From the NCBI GenBank assembly GCA_018694295.1, contig JABHNK010000010.1, positions 688 through 64,687 on the forward strand: DNA of 64,000 nt, given 5' to 3'. Positions 42,784 to 52,785 of the stretch are shown here, in pieces. Under the pieces are notes generated by a model. That model saw only the letters and a list, made by a program, of their open reading frames with translations, did not search any database and was not told the DNA's origin. Origin of the DNA: Waddliaceae bacterium. GTDB lineage: Bacteria > Chlamydiota > Chlamydiia > Chlamydiales > JABHNK01. The position numbers were made by a program, and so were the translations under genes. Within the stretch, counting starts at the first letter, position 1. The number at the start of each line of letters is the position of its first letter.

Positions 42784-43827
42784 TTACAATTTATTGCTAT
42801 CTGCCTTTTGCAGCCGTTCTACAACATCTTTAACTTTTTGTGAATGCCCTCTTTGTGCTATGAGGAGGGCATCATCGGTCTCAACTATTATTATATTATC
42901 AAGTCCTATCGTCGCTATTGTCCTCTTACTTCCTATTATAAGGCTGTTTTTAGTGTCGCATGCGATAACATCTCCGATGGCGACGTTGCCATTATCATCT
43001 TTATCTTTAAACTCGTAATAGCTGTCATACGACCCTATATCCGACCATGTAATATCGAGTGGAAGAACTAATACATTCTGGGCTTTTTCCATAACAGCAT
43101 AGTCTATAGAGATCTTTGGCATAGTAGGGAAGTCGCTATACATCTCATCATATGTCTTCTGGCTACGTTCATATATCTCATTACAATGTTTTTTCATCTC
43201 TGCAAGCATCGTCGCTGGCGTGAAGATAAACATCCCGGAATTCCAAAGATAGCATCCTTCGGAGAGGTATTTCTCTGCAGTGGCGCTGTCGGGTTTCTCT
43301 ACGAAAGCATCGACGACATATACGCTGTCGTCGACAGCGTCGCCTTCTTTAATATATCCATATCCCGTCTCTGGATGCGTTGGCTGTATTCCGAAGATGA
43401 CGATATGGCCTTTTTCTGCGAAGCTGCCCGCACGGATTACTGCTTCAGCAAACCTGTCTTCTGGTTCTATATGATGATCTGACGTTACAACAACAACAGG
43501 TTCGTCGTCGTTGCAGTTTCCGCGCTCAACGACATATTTCGTCGCTAGGGCTATAGCGGGGGCGGTGTTGCGCATAATAGGCTCGACGATAACGTTTTCA
43601 TTAGGGATATCGGCGATGTCACGCATCTGCTCAACAATGATATCTCTATAATCGGAATTGGTAACAACAAAGATACTTTCGGCATCACAGACCTTAAGCT
43701 GCCGCTGTATCGTTTTCTGGAACAATGATGGCTGTCCATCTATATGTAAGAATTGTTTTGGGTGGCTTTTCCGTGATAACGGCCATAGTCTCGTGCCACA
43801 ACCCCCTGCAAGTATTATAGTTTTCAT
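42784..43827 (-). CDS. manC: Mannose-1-phosphate guanylyltransferase (nucleotidyltransferase domain only)
   Basis: ILAGGCGTRLWPLSR motif. At 347 aa it has no cupin/isomerase domain. Confidence 0.88.
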   Translation of the reverse strand: MKTIILAGGCGTRLWPLSRKSHPKQFLHIDGQPSLFQKTIQRQLKVCDAESIFVVTNSDYRDIIVEQMRDIADIPNENVIVEPIMRNTAPAIALATKYVVERGNCNDDEPVVVVTSDHHIEPEDRFAEAVIRAGSFAEKGHIVIFGIQPTHPETGYGYIKEGDAVDDSVYVVDAFVEKPDSATAEKYLSEGCYLWNSGMFIFTPATMLAEMKKHCNEIYERSQKTYDEMYSDFPTMPKISIDYAVMEKAQNVLVLPLDITWSDIGSYDSYYEFKDKDDNGNVAIGDVIACDTKNSLIIGSKRTIATIGLDNIIIVETDDALLIAQRGHSQKVKDVVERLQKADSNKL

Positions 43828-43886
43828 TGTTACCCCTCAATTATTTATCGCGAACGCCTTCTAATATACACCATCAAAGATTTTCA

Positions 43887-44729
43887 TCACACCTCAAATA
43901 TATCCAGAAGCCTATCAAGATCGTCAAGGTTATAGTAATCTATTGTTATCGCGCCAACGCCACTTTTGTCTTTAATGGAAACCTTCGTTCCGAGAGCATG
44001 ACAAAGCCTGTTTTCAAGGTCTTCGATATATTGGTCGCTTGATGGTTTTTTCTTCTGCTGTGTTGTCCCTTCTGCCATCTTCGCTGCTAGGACCTCCGTC
44101 TGCCGCACCGTAAGCCCTTGTTTTACAATGCTTTCATGGAGCTTCCGTCGCAATACGGCGCTTTCAAGGAATAGTATCGCCTTGGCATGACCCATTGTTA
44201 TTTCTCGCCTTGCTAAGCTGTCCTGTATTTCCTTCGAAAGCTTTAAAAGACGAAGATAGTTCGATACCGTCGAGCGCTTCTTCCCTATGCGTCCGGCTAT
44301 TTCTTCTTGGCTAAAATCAAACTCTTCAATGAGGTTTTGTAATGCGCTCGCAACTTCGATGGGGTTGAGGTCTACTCTCTGTATATTCTCAATAAGCGCC
44401 GCCTGTGCAGACTGTATGTCTTCCCATTTATGGACGATTACTGGTATCACCATATGTCCCGCCATCTTTGCAGCACGAAGTCGTCGCTCTCCAGCAACAA
44501 GTTCATAGGTGTCGGTACCAGCAATACGCCTCACCGCTGGCGGCTGTATCACCCCTATACTTTTTATCGACTCCACAAGTGATGTTATATCGTCATTGCT
44601 GTCATGGCGTGGCTGATATGGGTTTACAAGGATCTTTGCAATCTCAACATCGCAATATTCCGCTATCTTTTCATCAGAGCCTTCATCATAAACGCCCGTC
44701 TTGGCATCGTTATCGCAATATGTCGTCAT
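43887..44729 (-). CDS. parB: ParB/Spo0J chromosome partitioning protein
   Basis: The GERRLRAAKMAG box and an HTH segment (SQEEIAGRIGKKRSTVSNYLRLL). Confidence 0.93.
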   Translation of the reverse strand: MTTYCDNDAKTGVYDEGSDEKIAEYCDVEIAKILVNPYQPRHDSNDDITSLVESIKSIGVIQPPAVRRIAGTDTYELVAGERRLRAAKMAGHMVIPVIVHKWEDIQSAQAALIENIQRVDLNPIEVASALQNLIEEFDFSQEEIAGRIGKKRSTVSNYLRLLKLSKEIQDSLARREITMGHAKAILFLESAVLRRKLHESIVKQGLTVRQTEVLAAKMAEGTTQQKKKPSSDQYIEDLENRLCHALGTKVSIKDKSGVGAITIDYYNLDDLDRLLDIFEV

Positions 44730-44821
44730 TATATCTTGCTTTTGTTAATATTCTTTGATAATATACGCCTTCGCTAAAGGCAAAATAAAGTACTAACACT
44801 CTAAAACAAAATGCGGTTTTT

Positions 44822-45613
44822 ATGAAGAAAAAACATCCAAAGACACCAATAACTACATTAGAAACGAAGTCTTCTCCCGAGGAAAAAGCCTCTCCACAAG
44901 AGCAATGCCATGATCTTGTCGTAAAACATGGAATGACGGTATTATATACAATACTGGGGATCTCTTTGCTGATCTTTGTAAGCTACCGCTTCTCTTCGGG
45001 GCGCAAAGCAAAGGCAACAAACGACTATTATCAAGCGTCTGTCCTCGCTGAAAGACTACAAAACGATGCTAACGATTCCGGTCTTCTCTATAGCCTACAA
45101 GATATCATTGCCAAGCATCCTGAGCTCAACGCCAAATACTCCCCCCTCATAACACAGATCCTCCTAGGGCATGATGATATTGATACCGCCCGCGACTTCG
45201 CCGCCGAAACCCTTAACACAACGAGCACTTCCTCTAGCAACTTCTACAAACGATACACGGCTACATCGATCCTAATCGCTGAAGAGCGTTTCCACGAAGC
45301 TTTGACTGCTGCTATAGACCTCAAAAATGACGCTCTTAACAATGAAGCGTTCTCTCCAGAAAATGACAATTTCTCTTTCGGAGATACACTCTTCGCCTAT
45401 AACCTTCTGCGTATCGCCATCCTACATCAAACTTTAAATGAAGCCGAAAACGAAAACATCGCATGGGAAGAGTTTAAAAGATATGGCGACTGGGACAATG
45501 ACGACACCCCAAACACTACATACCAACAGCTGATGAATGGCTTCAGTGAAGGAAATGTCTCCCTTATTGACTATATCGCTATGCGGCAAGAAAAACTAAA
45601 CAAGCTACTCTAA
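44822..45613 (+). CDS. Membrane-anchored helical-repeat (TPR/YfgM-like) protein
   Basis: One N-terminal TM helix (VLYTILGISLLIFVSY) followed by an alpha-helical region. The assignment is tentative. Confidence 0.55.
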   Translation: MKKKHPKTPITTLETKSSPEEKASPQEQCHDLVVKHGMTVLYTILGISLLIFVSYRFSSGRKAKATNDYYQASVLAERLQNDANDSGLLYSLQDIIAKHPELNAKYSPLITQILLGHDDIDTARDFAAETLNTTSTSSSNFYKRYTATSILIAEERFHEALTAAIDLKNDALNNEAFSPENDNFSFGDTLFAYNLLRIAILHQTLNEAENENIAWEEFKRYGDWDNDDTPNTTYQQLMNGFSEGNVSLIDYIAMRQEKLNKLL

Positions 45614-46031
45614 AATTAGTTTGCTAATTTTCCCGAAAACATGGTACATAGAGAGTATATAGTCTTTCCTTGTGAAAGCTTATATTTCAAAAACCGTGGA
45701 TCGCATGGGCAAAAAGGAGGTGACATAAGGCGTTATAGCTCGAACCCACATCTTTTGAAATTCTTTTTTGAGAAAATGAAGCTCGTCGTCAAAACAACGT
45801 CGAGAATAAAATATTATACAGAGCTCCGTGGTAGATCGCTTGTCGACATGTTTATTAATAATGATGAAAACGAAATATTAAAAAACATTGTCGAGCGGTT
45901 GATTTCACGAAGTCCTTTATGGAGGTATTGGATTACTGTTAGAAATCACTCCGCAGGTCTTCACGGATATCGTGACTACCATAAAACACGGTAAATGTTT
46001 TCCGGGGACGCTTGGAAAAAATATCACGTTC

Positions 46032-46066
46032 AGCAGCCCGCTACACAAAGCGGGCTGCTTTTTTTT
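46032..46066 (+). terminator. Strong rho-independent terminator
   Basis: agcagcccgc-tacacaaa-gcgggctgct forms the stem-loop and is followed by a T8 run. Confidence 0.85.
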
Positions 46067-46068
46067 AA

Positions 46069-46240
46069 ACCCGATCATTATCAACCCAATGCGCTCCCTC
46101 TCCTTCACCATATGTCTTTTTGCAGCAGCACATCTGCTTTGATTCTATCCTCGCGAAGGTTTTAACATTCGCTCGTCTTTCATCTTCGCACCTGTACCGC
46201 TGCAAAAGCCCTATGGCAAAGGATAGAGAACACATTGGGT
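46069..46240 (+). mobile_element. MITE-like repeat, family A, short copy A4 (right module only, degenerate ends)
   Basis: The interior matches the right ~140 bp of A3 (tttttgcagcagcacatctgctttga...gctgcaaaa). The ends are acccgatcatt...cacattgggt, with TAA on the left flank. Confidence 0.7.
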
Positions 46241-46300
46241 TGACAATAAAGATAAAGAAGAAGAAGGTGATACTTTTTAGACACCATAATATCATACACA

Positions 46301-47200
46301 ATGACAGAAAACGAAGCACTAGTACTCCTTAATAATGTCCCTTCGCTTGGGAATGTGGCCATGCGCACCTTAATAAAAGCATTAGGCTCAGCAAGGGCAG
46401 TTGTCGATGCCGATACCGCTGAAATTGCTAACGTTAAAGGTATTAACAGCACCCTCGCGGAAAAAATCACGGCAACAAAAGGCGAAGATCGGTGGAAATG
46501 TGATTTATCTCTTGTCGATAAACATGGAATACATTTAATCTCTTACCTCGATTCTTGTTATCCACGTCGCTTGCGTGAAATTTCTAATTTCCCTCTTTTG
46601 TTATATATAAGGGGAAGCGTCGATGTAATAGGGAAGCAGGGCATTGCTCTTGTTGGCACGCGGAATCCTTCGTCTTATGGTTATCGTGAGGCGTTGCGTT
46701 TTTCTCGAGAGCTTTCGTCGTTAAGCTTTTCTATTATCAGTGGTTTGGCATTAGGAATCGACACTGCCGCACACCAAGGAGCTTTAGACAAGGGTTCTAC
46801 TTGTGCTGTTATAGGTTCTGGGATTTCTTCTCTATATCCACGGGAGAATGAAGGTCTTGCCGATATGATAGTCGATTGTGGCGGTGCTATTATCAGCGAG
46901 TTCCCTATGATGGCGACTCCTGAGAGGCATCATTTTCCGTTAAGAAACCGTATTGTCAGCGGTCTTTCTTCGGCGGTGTTGTTGATAGAGGCTCCGTGTA
47001 AAAGCGGCGCTATGCTTACTAGCGAAGCGGCTTGTTCACAGGGACGTCCGTTGTTTACAATTCCAGGACGTCTTGATGACGAGAGTTTTCGTGGAAACCA
47101 TCGGCTTATAAAAAGCGGGCGTGCTCTTTTAGCAGAAGGCGGCGCCGACATTGCAGAATATTTTAGCGATTTATTTCGCGCTTCTGCTATTACAGTATAG
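46301..47200 (+). CDS. dprA: DNA-processing protein DprA (Smf)
   Basis: GTRNPSSYG and SGLALGIDTAAHQGAL motifs. Confidence 0.92.
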   Translation: MTENEALVLLNNVPSLGNVAMRTLIKALGSARAVVDADTAEIANVKGINSTLAEKITATKGEDRWKCDLSLVDKHGIHLISYLDSCYPRRLREISNFPLLLYIRGSVDVIGKQGIALVGTRNPSSYGYREALRFSRELSSLSFSIISGLALGIDTAAHQGALDKGSTCAVIGSGISSLYPRENEGLADMIVDCGGAIISEFPMMATPERHHFPLRNRIVSGLSSAVLLIEAPCKSGAMLTSEAACSQGRPLFTIPGRLDDESFRGNHRLIKSGRALLAEGGADIAEYFSDLFRASAITV

Positions 47201-47250
47201 GAAAGCGGATAGTTAGTGTTTAAGAATATTAATCAGGGATGTGATACATT

Positions 47251-49836
47251 ATGGGAAAATCTTTAATCATAGTAGAATCTCCGGCGAAGATAAAGACGCT
47301 GAAGAAATTTCTAGGTCCGGAGTTTCTTTTTGAGTCTTCGATAGGGCATATCCGTGACCTTCCTGCGAGTGGTTTTGGCATCGACATCGAGAATGATTTC
47401 GAGCCACACTATGAAGCCATCCCCGGCAAAGAAGATGTCATCGCTAACTTGTGTAAAGCCGCCAAGCAGTGTGACACAGTATATTTATGTCCTGACCCCG
47501 ACCGCGAGGGGGAAGCTATAGCCTGGCATATCGCTTCTATCTTACCTAAAGACTGTAATATCAAGCGTATCACTTTCAACGCCATAACACGCAAAGCTGT
47601 TGTTGAAGCCTTAGAACACCCTCGTGATATCGACTATCCTCTAGTCAATGCCCAGCAGGCACGTCGTCTTCTTGACAGGATTGTCGGCTATAAAATTTCT
47701 CCTATCCTCGCCCGCCGCATCCAGCGCGGGAAAGGGCGTTCTGTTTCGGCAGGACGGGTACAATCTGTAGCATTAAAGCTCGTCGTCGACCGTGAATACG
47801 AGATCGAGGCATTCAATCCTATAGAATACTGGAATCTTGGCGCTATCCTCGGCACCGAAGGGACAAACTCTTCCTTCTCTTCGCAGTTATATTCCGTCGA
47901 CGGAAAGCGCATCGAAAAAGAAGCTTCCGACGAAGAGAAGTTTATCACTATCAGCGATAAAAACGCCGCCGATAAGATCCTCCTTTCCCTTAAAAATTCT
48001 CCGTTTAGCGTCGTTTCTATCGCCGAGAAAGAAAAACTACGCAACCCCGTCCCTCCTTTTATAACGTCAACGCTGCAGCAAGAGGCTAGCCGTCACCACG
48101 GATTCTCCTCCGCCAAGACCATGGACATTGCCCAGACTTTATACGAAGGAGTAGACCTCGACGAAGAGGGCGTAGAGGGCTTAATAACATATATGAGAAC
48201 AGATTCCGTACGGATCTCTCCAGAAGCCCTCGATGAAGCACGAGCTTTTATTAAAGAAGAGTTTGGCGATGAATATCTTCCTGAAAAGCCTCGAGAGTTT
48301 CCTACAAAGAAGAGTGCACAAGACGCTCACGAAGCAATACGCCCTTCGAATTTATCGCGCCCTCCTGAAAAAGTCAGAGACTTCCTCTCTAAAGACGAAT
48401 ATCACTTATATTCTCTTGTCTGGGAGCGTTTCATAGCATCGCAGATGAACCCCGCCCGTTATAATACTATGGCTGTAACCATATCAGCTGGCGACGACAT
48501 TATCCTTCGTGCCAATGGTTCGAAGAGGATCTTCCCGGGCTTTCTTATCGTCTATGAAGAGAAGAACGACGGAGACGCTTCTAATAACAAAGACAACGAG
48601 CTTCCAAACCTTGTCGAAGGACAGACTCTTTCTCTCGAAGACGTAACCTCTCATCAGGCTTTCACCAAGCCGCCAGCGCGTTTTTCCGAAGCTTCGCTTG
48701 TCAAAGAGCTTGAGAAGTCTGGGATAGGAAGACCTTCGACATACGCTGCTATAATGAACAAAATACAAAGCCGCGACTATACTGTTAAGCAAAACAGAAG
48801 ACTTCTTCCTACCGAGCTTGGGTGTGTCATCGCCGATCTGCTAAATGCAAGCTTCCCTAAGATTATGGACACAGAATTCACTGCCCATATGGAAGACGAC
48901 CTCGAGCTTGTCGCCGAAGATAAAAAAGAGTGGAAAGCGCTGATAAAAGAGTTCTGGGAAGATTTCATCCCTACCGTCGAGCTCGCAGAAAAAGAAGCCT
49001 TTGTCCCCAAGAAAATGACTGAAATCGACTGTCCTAAATGCGGAGACCACAAACTTCAGAAGATCTGGTCTAAGTCGAAATATTTCTTCGGATGTTCGGG
49101 ATATCCCGACTGCGACTTCACCGCCGGAAGCCTTGAAGAGCTGGAATTCAACAGAGACGACTATGCCGAAGGTTTCGACTGGGAGCAGAAATGTCCTCTT
49201 TGTAAAGATCCTATGATCGTAAGGCATGGAAGATTCGGCGCCTTTCTCGGATGCTCGAAATATCCCGACTGCCGCGGTATCATCAACATCCCTAAAGAAG
49301 GAGAGGAAGTCATCGACCAAAAAAACATGCCTTCATGTCCTGCTATAGGATGCGATGGCGTTATCGTAGTCAGAAAATCCCGTTTTGGTAAGACGTTCTT
49401 CTCATGTTCTAGCTTCCCTGACTGTAATGTAATCGTCAATGACCTCGACGACCTCGAAAGCAAATACGTTGACTATCCCAAGACCCCTTACGAGAAAAAG
49501 AGCCGTAAAAAGAAGGGCGCTGCCAAGAAGAAGAAAAAAGGCGCTAAAGGTAAAAAAAGCGCCACTACAAAGAAAAAGCGCCGCGCGCCTTCTGTCACAC
49601 CTTCTGCGTTGTCTCCAGAGCTTGCCGCCGTCGTTGGCGCCGACGAGATGCCAAGACCTATGGTTATCAAGAAGATTTGGGAGCATATCAAGAGCCACGA
49701 CCTACAAGACTCCAAGGACAAAAGATCGATAAACCCCGACGACCTTCTTGCTGCCGTCTTCGGAAGCTCAGAGCCGATAAATATGTTCACGATGATAAAA
49801 GCTTTAGGTCCTCATATTAAGAAAAAAGGATCGTGA
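47251..49836 (+). CDS. topA: DNA topoisomerase I with a C-terminal SWIB domain fusion
   Basis: Toprim N-terminus (LIIVESPAKIKTL), C4 zinc fingers, a K-rich linker, then a SWIB domain (LSPELAAVVGADEMPRPMVIKKIWEHIKSHDLQD). Confidence 0.97.
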   Translation: MGKSLIIVESPAKIKTLKKFLGPEFLFESSIGHIRDLPASGFGIDIENDFEPHYEAIPGKEDVIANLCKAAKQCDTVYLCPDPDREGEAIAWHIASILPKDCNIKRITFNAITRKAVVEALEHPRDIDYPLVNAQQARRLLDRIVGYKISPILARRIQRGKGRSVSAGRVQSVALKLVVDREYEIEAFNPIEYWNLGAILGTEGTNSSFSSQLYSVDGKRIEKEASDEEKFITISDKNAADKILLSLKNSPFSVVSIAEKEKLRNPVPPFITSTLQQEASRHHGFSSAKTMDIAQTLYEGVDLDEEGVEGLITYMRTDSVRISPEALDEARAFIKEEFGDEYLPEKPREFPTKKSAQDAHEAIRPSNLSRPPEKVRDFLSKDEYHLYSLVWERFIASQMNPARYNTMAVTISAGDDIILRANGSKRIFPGFLIVYEEKNDGDASNNKDNELPNLVEGQTLSLEDVTSHQAFTKPPARFSEASLVKELEKSGIGRPSTYAAIMNKIQSRDYTVKQNRRLLPTELGCVIADLLNASFPKIMDTEFTAHMEDDLELVAEDKKEWKALIKEFWEDFIPTVELAEKEAFVPKKMTEIDCPKCGDHKLQKIWSKSKYFFGCSGYPDCDFTAGSLEELEFNRDDYAEGFDWEQKCPLCKDPMIVRHGRFGAFLGCSKYPDCRGIINIPKEGEEVIDQKNMPSCPAIGCDGVIVVRKSRFGKTFFSCSSFPDCNVIVNDLDDLESKYVDYPKTPYEKKSRKKKGAAKKKKKGAKGKKSATTKKKRRAPSVTPSALSPELAAVVGADEMPRPMVIKKIWEHIKSHDLQDSKDKRSINPDDLLAAVFGSSEPINMFTMIKALGPHIKKKGS

Positions 49837-49840
49837 GAGA

Positions 49841-50455
49841 TCACTTATCATTATTTTCTTTATGAATCAAAGACTCGATGAAAGGTGTTATCTTGTCGAA
49901 AGCTTTAAATCGGTGTGATACACGGTTTTTTGTGCTCTCGTCGAGTTCCGCAAAAGTTTTGTCATAGTCGTTCTTAAGGAACAAGGGGTCGTAGCCAAAA
50001 CCACTACCTCCGCGTCCTTCTTCAAGGACAACACCTTCGCAGCGCGCCGTAACAATATGTTTTTTTCCTCCAGGGCCTATCATGGAAATACAACATTCGA
50101 AGAACGCTGCGCGTTGTAAGTCGGCATATCCTTCCATCTCTTCGAGCAGCTTATTTCTATTGTCGGCATCAGTAGCGCCTTCACCGGCATACCTTGCAGA
50201 GTAAACCCCTGGAGCCCCGTCTAAGGCAGGGACGACGAGTCCAGAGTCGTCAGCGATAACAAACTCCCCTAAATTTTTAGCGGCGTGTTCTGCTTTAATA
50301 TTAGCGTTCTCTTCGAAGGTTTTTCCTGTCTCTTCAGGAGCGACATATTCCGGGAAATCACGAAGCGATAAAAGTTCAATATCGGGAACGCTTTTGAACA
50401 TTTCACGATATTCTCTGATCTTATGAAGGTTGTTGCTTGCTATGATACATCTCAT
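49841..50455 (-). CDS. rdgB: Non-canonical purine NTP pyrophosphatase (RdgB/HAM1)
   Basis: IIASNNLHKIREY, GFGYDP and SHR motifs. Confidence 0.93.
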   Translation of the reverse strand: MRCIIASNNLHKIREYREMFKSVPDIELLSLRDFPEYVAPEETGKTFEENANIKAEHAAKNLGEFVIADDSGLVVPALDGAPGVYSARYAGEGATDADNRNKLLEEMEGYADLQRAAFFECCISMIGPGGKKHIVTARCEGVVLEEGRGGSGFGYDPLFLKNDYDKTFAELDESTKNRVSHRFKAFDKITPFIESLIHKENNDK

Positions 50456-50460
50456 GGGTA

Positions 50461-52626
50461 TTACTCCTCAAAAATATTCTTTACTGATACTATATTATAT
50501 ATCTCATCTTTGAAACGAAAAGTTTCTCCCTCTTTATTCCCAATCATTTCTTCTGCGAACCTAGAACGATATGAAAGAACTCCTTTGTCAGGATCTGCTT
50601 CCCACGGCCCCAAGATAGTATACGTTATTTTTTTTCCTTGAGAGTCCTCAAGGTCTACCTTAGTGCCTATATCAATACGATCACTAGCAACATCATCGGC
50701 AGTAAGGACCCTTGCCTTGTTGAGCTGCTGCGTCAATGTCTTGAGTTCCCCCTGCAGACGCCTTCTTTTTTCAAGGGCAAACTTATATTCTGCGTTTTCT
50801 CTAAGGTCGCCAAGAGCCCGTGCTGCTTCTATTTCTCGAGCATTAGACACTGTCTCGACAGTAGCGATGTGTTCTATGCGTTTCTGCATGGCATTGAATC
50901 CTTCCTGTGTCGCCCACATGACATCATCGACTTCATCATTACCAGAACCCTCTTTTTTAATGTCGGGGTTTGCAACTTCCGCTAAAGAGCGTAGAATTTT
51001 GATGTCGTGCTCACTGAAAGAACGACACTTTGTCACAAGAAGTAAGATCTCGTGAAGATATTCGATATCAGCGCCTGCGAGAGCCTCACGGACGACGATA
51101 TAACGTTTTGCTGTAATAATAGAATACATCTTTTTTACAAGATCTTTGTATTCCTGACCTTTTTCAGCTTCGTTGAGTACCATCAAAAACCTTTCAAAGA
51201 ATTTTTTCTGCAAATCTTCATCGTCGAAAAGACGGTCTTCTTTATTTATAACCTTCTGAAAATACCATACGAATGCCCGTGGGTTTTCGATAGAATGGTC
51301 CAAAAGAGTCATTATCTTTTCTCGCAACGCCGTAATGTCTTCTTCAGCAGCGAGCTCACCAAAGGCATAGTCCTTAAGAGCGCTCTGCTTAAAAGAAAAA
51401 AGAATGTCGAGGAATCTTTCTTTCCAGTCATCACAATTTTTTCTGATGATGACAAGGATGCGTTTCTTCAAAGCAGAAACTTCTATGTCTTGTATAACAG
51501 AAGCTACGTCTTTGATGCCGACGACAGAATCGACAAGTTCGTTGTCGCGTTTTTCATCACGGAAAAATTCCTTGAGAAGAAGTCTTGCTTGGAGCTCTGC
51601 AACAATGTCTGCTTTGTCATCACTGACAATCTCTTCGAGGGCTTTCTCAATAACTTGTGACGTTTTTTCGTCTTTAAGAACCTCGGGGAAATCTCTCATG
51701 AAATTATAGCAAATAGCAATGAGTTCCTTGTTATTTTTTGCCTTGGCGACACTCTCTTTACAACGCTCTTCATGTAGAAGTTCTGTGCTTCGGATTTTAA
51801 AACAACCGCGGACACTCTTTGGCGTCTCGATCATCGTATCTTTTTTTATCTTAGAGCGAGCTACCTGCCACCACTTCGTCCAGTCGCCCGCGGGGATGAC
51901 AAGCTCGTAAAGCTCTTCTTTGATATCGACAGCAGTCTTAGGCCCTAAATCACTAAGAAGCATGCGTATAACCTTCGAAGGGTCTTTGCGTGCCTCCTCT
52001 TCTAGGTCGTCAGGAAAGCCAAAGCGCTGTGAAAGGAAGTGTTCCTTCGGTATTGGGATAAGACTCTTAAACGCCGTCTTAAAAGCAACGTCTTTGCGGC
52101 CGACAACATTCTCAAACTCAATAGTGAACTGCTCGCGCATCAATGAAAGCTCTATAACTTCCCCTACTCCCCACCCTCCAGTATGATAAACGAACTTGTT
52201 CTCGTCCATATGAGTGAGAAGCTCGTAGTTAGAAAGGGAGCTCTGAAAGTCTTTCTTATGCCTGAGGCCTATAAGTCGTATCTTCTCGTTAAAATATTTG
52301 TGGTCACCATAGCGCTTTTTCAAGATATTATAAGCTAGAGCAGCAAGTGCCGCGGTGTTCGTCGTTTCAATATCAAAGATAAGTTTAGCGATATCATAAG
52401 AAATCGCCTCGTCGCTTATCGTCTCCCATAAAGGCACTATAAGCTCAACATCGCTACCAAAGGGCTTTGCAAGAGATGACTCTTTTATTGCTTGTAAAAT
52501 GCTTTTAAGTTCTTCGCCCTCAATAATATCACATATGCAATACTCTTCCCACAAACCCCTCAATTCCTTGATATCGTTATCTTCGATATGACGAAGGAAT
52601 TCTTTCAAATAGCTCATATTCAACAT
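50461..52626 (-). CDS. greA: GreA-family transcript cleavage factor with a ~560-aa N-terminal extension
   Basis: The C-terminal ~150 aa form a GreA domain (GDLRENAEYKFALEKRRRLQGEL...TYTILGPWEADP). The rest is a helical extension. Confidence 0.88.
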   Translation of the reverse strand: MLNMSYLKEFLRHIEDNDIKELRGLWEEYCICDIIEGEELKSILQAIKESSLAKPFGSDVELIVPLWETISDEAISYDIAKLIFDIETTNTAALAALAYNILKKRYGDHKYFNEKIRLIGLRHKKDFQSSLSNYELLTHMDENKFVYHTGGWGVGEVIELSLMREQFTIEFENVVGRKDVAFKTAFKSLIPIPKEHFLSQRFGFPDDLEEEARKDPSKVIRMLLSDLGPKTAVDIKEELYELVIPAGDWTKWWQVARSKIKKDTMIETPKSVRGCFKIRSTELLHEERCKESVAKAKNNKELIAICYNFMRDFPEVLKDEKTSQVIEKALEEIVSDDKADIVAELQARLLLKEFFRDEKRDNELVDSVVGIKDVASVIQDIEVSALKKRILVIIRKNCDDWKERFLDILFSFKQSALKDYAFGELAAEEDITALREKIMTLLDHSIENPRAFVWYFQKVINKEDRLFDDEDLQKKFFERFLMVLNEAEKGQEYKDLVKKMYSIITAKRYIVVREALAGADIEYLHEILLLVTKCRSFSEHDIKILRSLAEVANPDIKKEGSGNDEVDDVMWATQEGFNAMQKRIEHIATVETVSNAREIEAARALGDLRENAEYKFALEKRRRLQGELKTLTQQLNKARVLTADDVASDRIDIGTKVDLEDSQGKKITYTILGPWEADPDKGVLSYRSRFAEEMIGNKEGETFRFKDEIYNIVSVKNIFEE

Positions 52627-52785
52627 CCTATTTTTTAATCTTTTACTTTCTCGCCTATTTCATGGCAATGATAATATCACCTACAACAATTGTTCTCAAT
52701 GAGAAAAAGTACTTCTATTCTTGAGAAATTATATTTTTTTTTGTACTATCACAGACAACATATAATATCACGGAGTATTCCTTCT

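Noticed and set aside
43887-44821. parS site or adjacent parA next to parB
   Set aside because: Reading by eye, I found no TGTTTCACGTGAAACA-like palindrome near parB, and the upstream neighbour is a divergent membrane protein gene. The absence cannot be proven without a pattern search, so no claim is made.
45614-46066. tmRNA, RNase P RNA or SRP RNA in the orphan region
   Set aside because: I could not find the conserved elements on either strand. These are the tmRNA GGGG...acceptor/T-arm ending in CCA, the RNase P GAGGAAAGTCC motif, and the SRP domain IV GGAAGCAGCC-like motif. The region is kept only as an unassigned transcript candidate.
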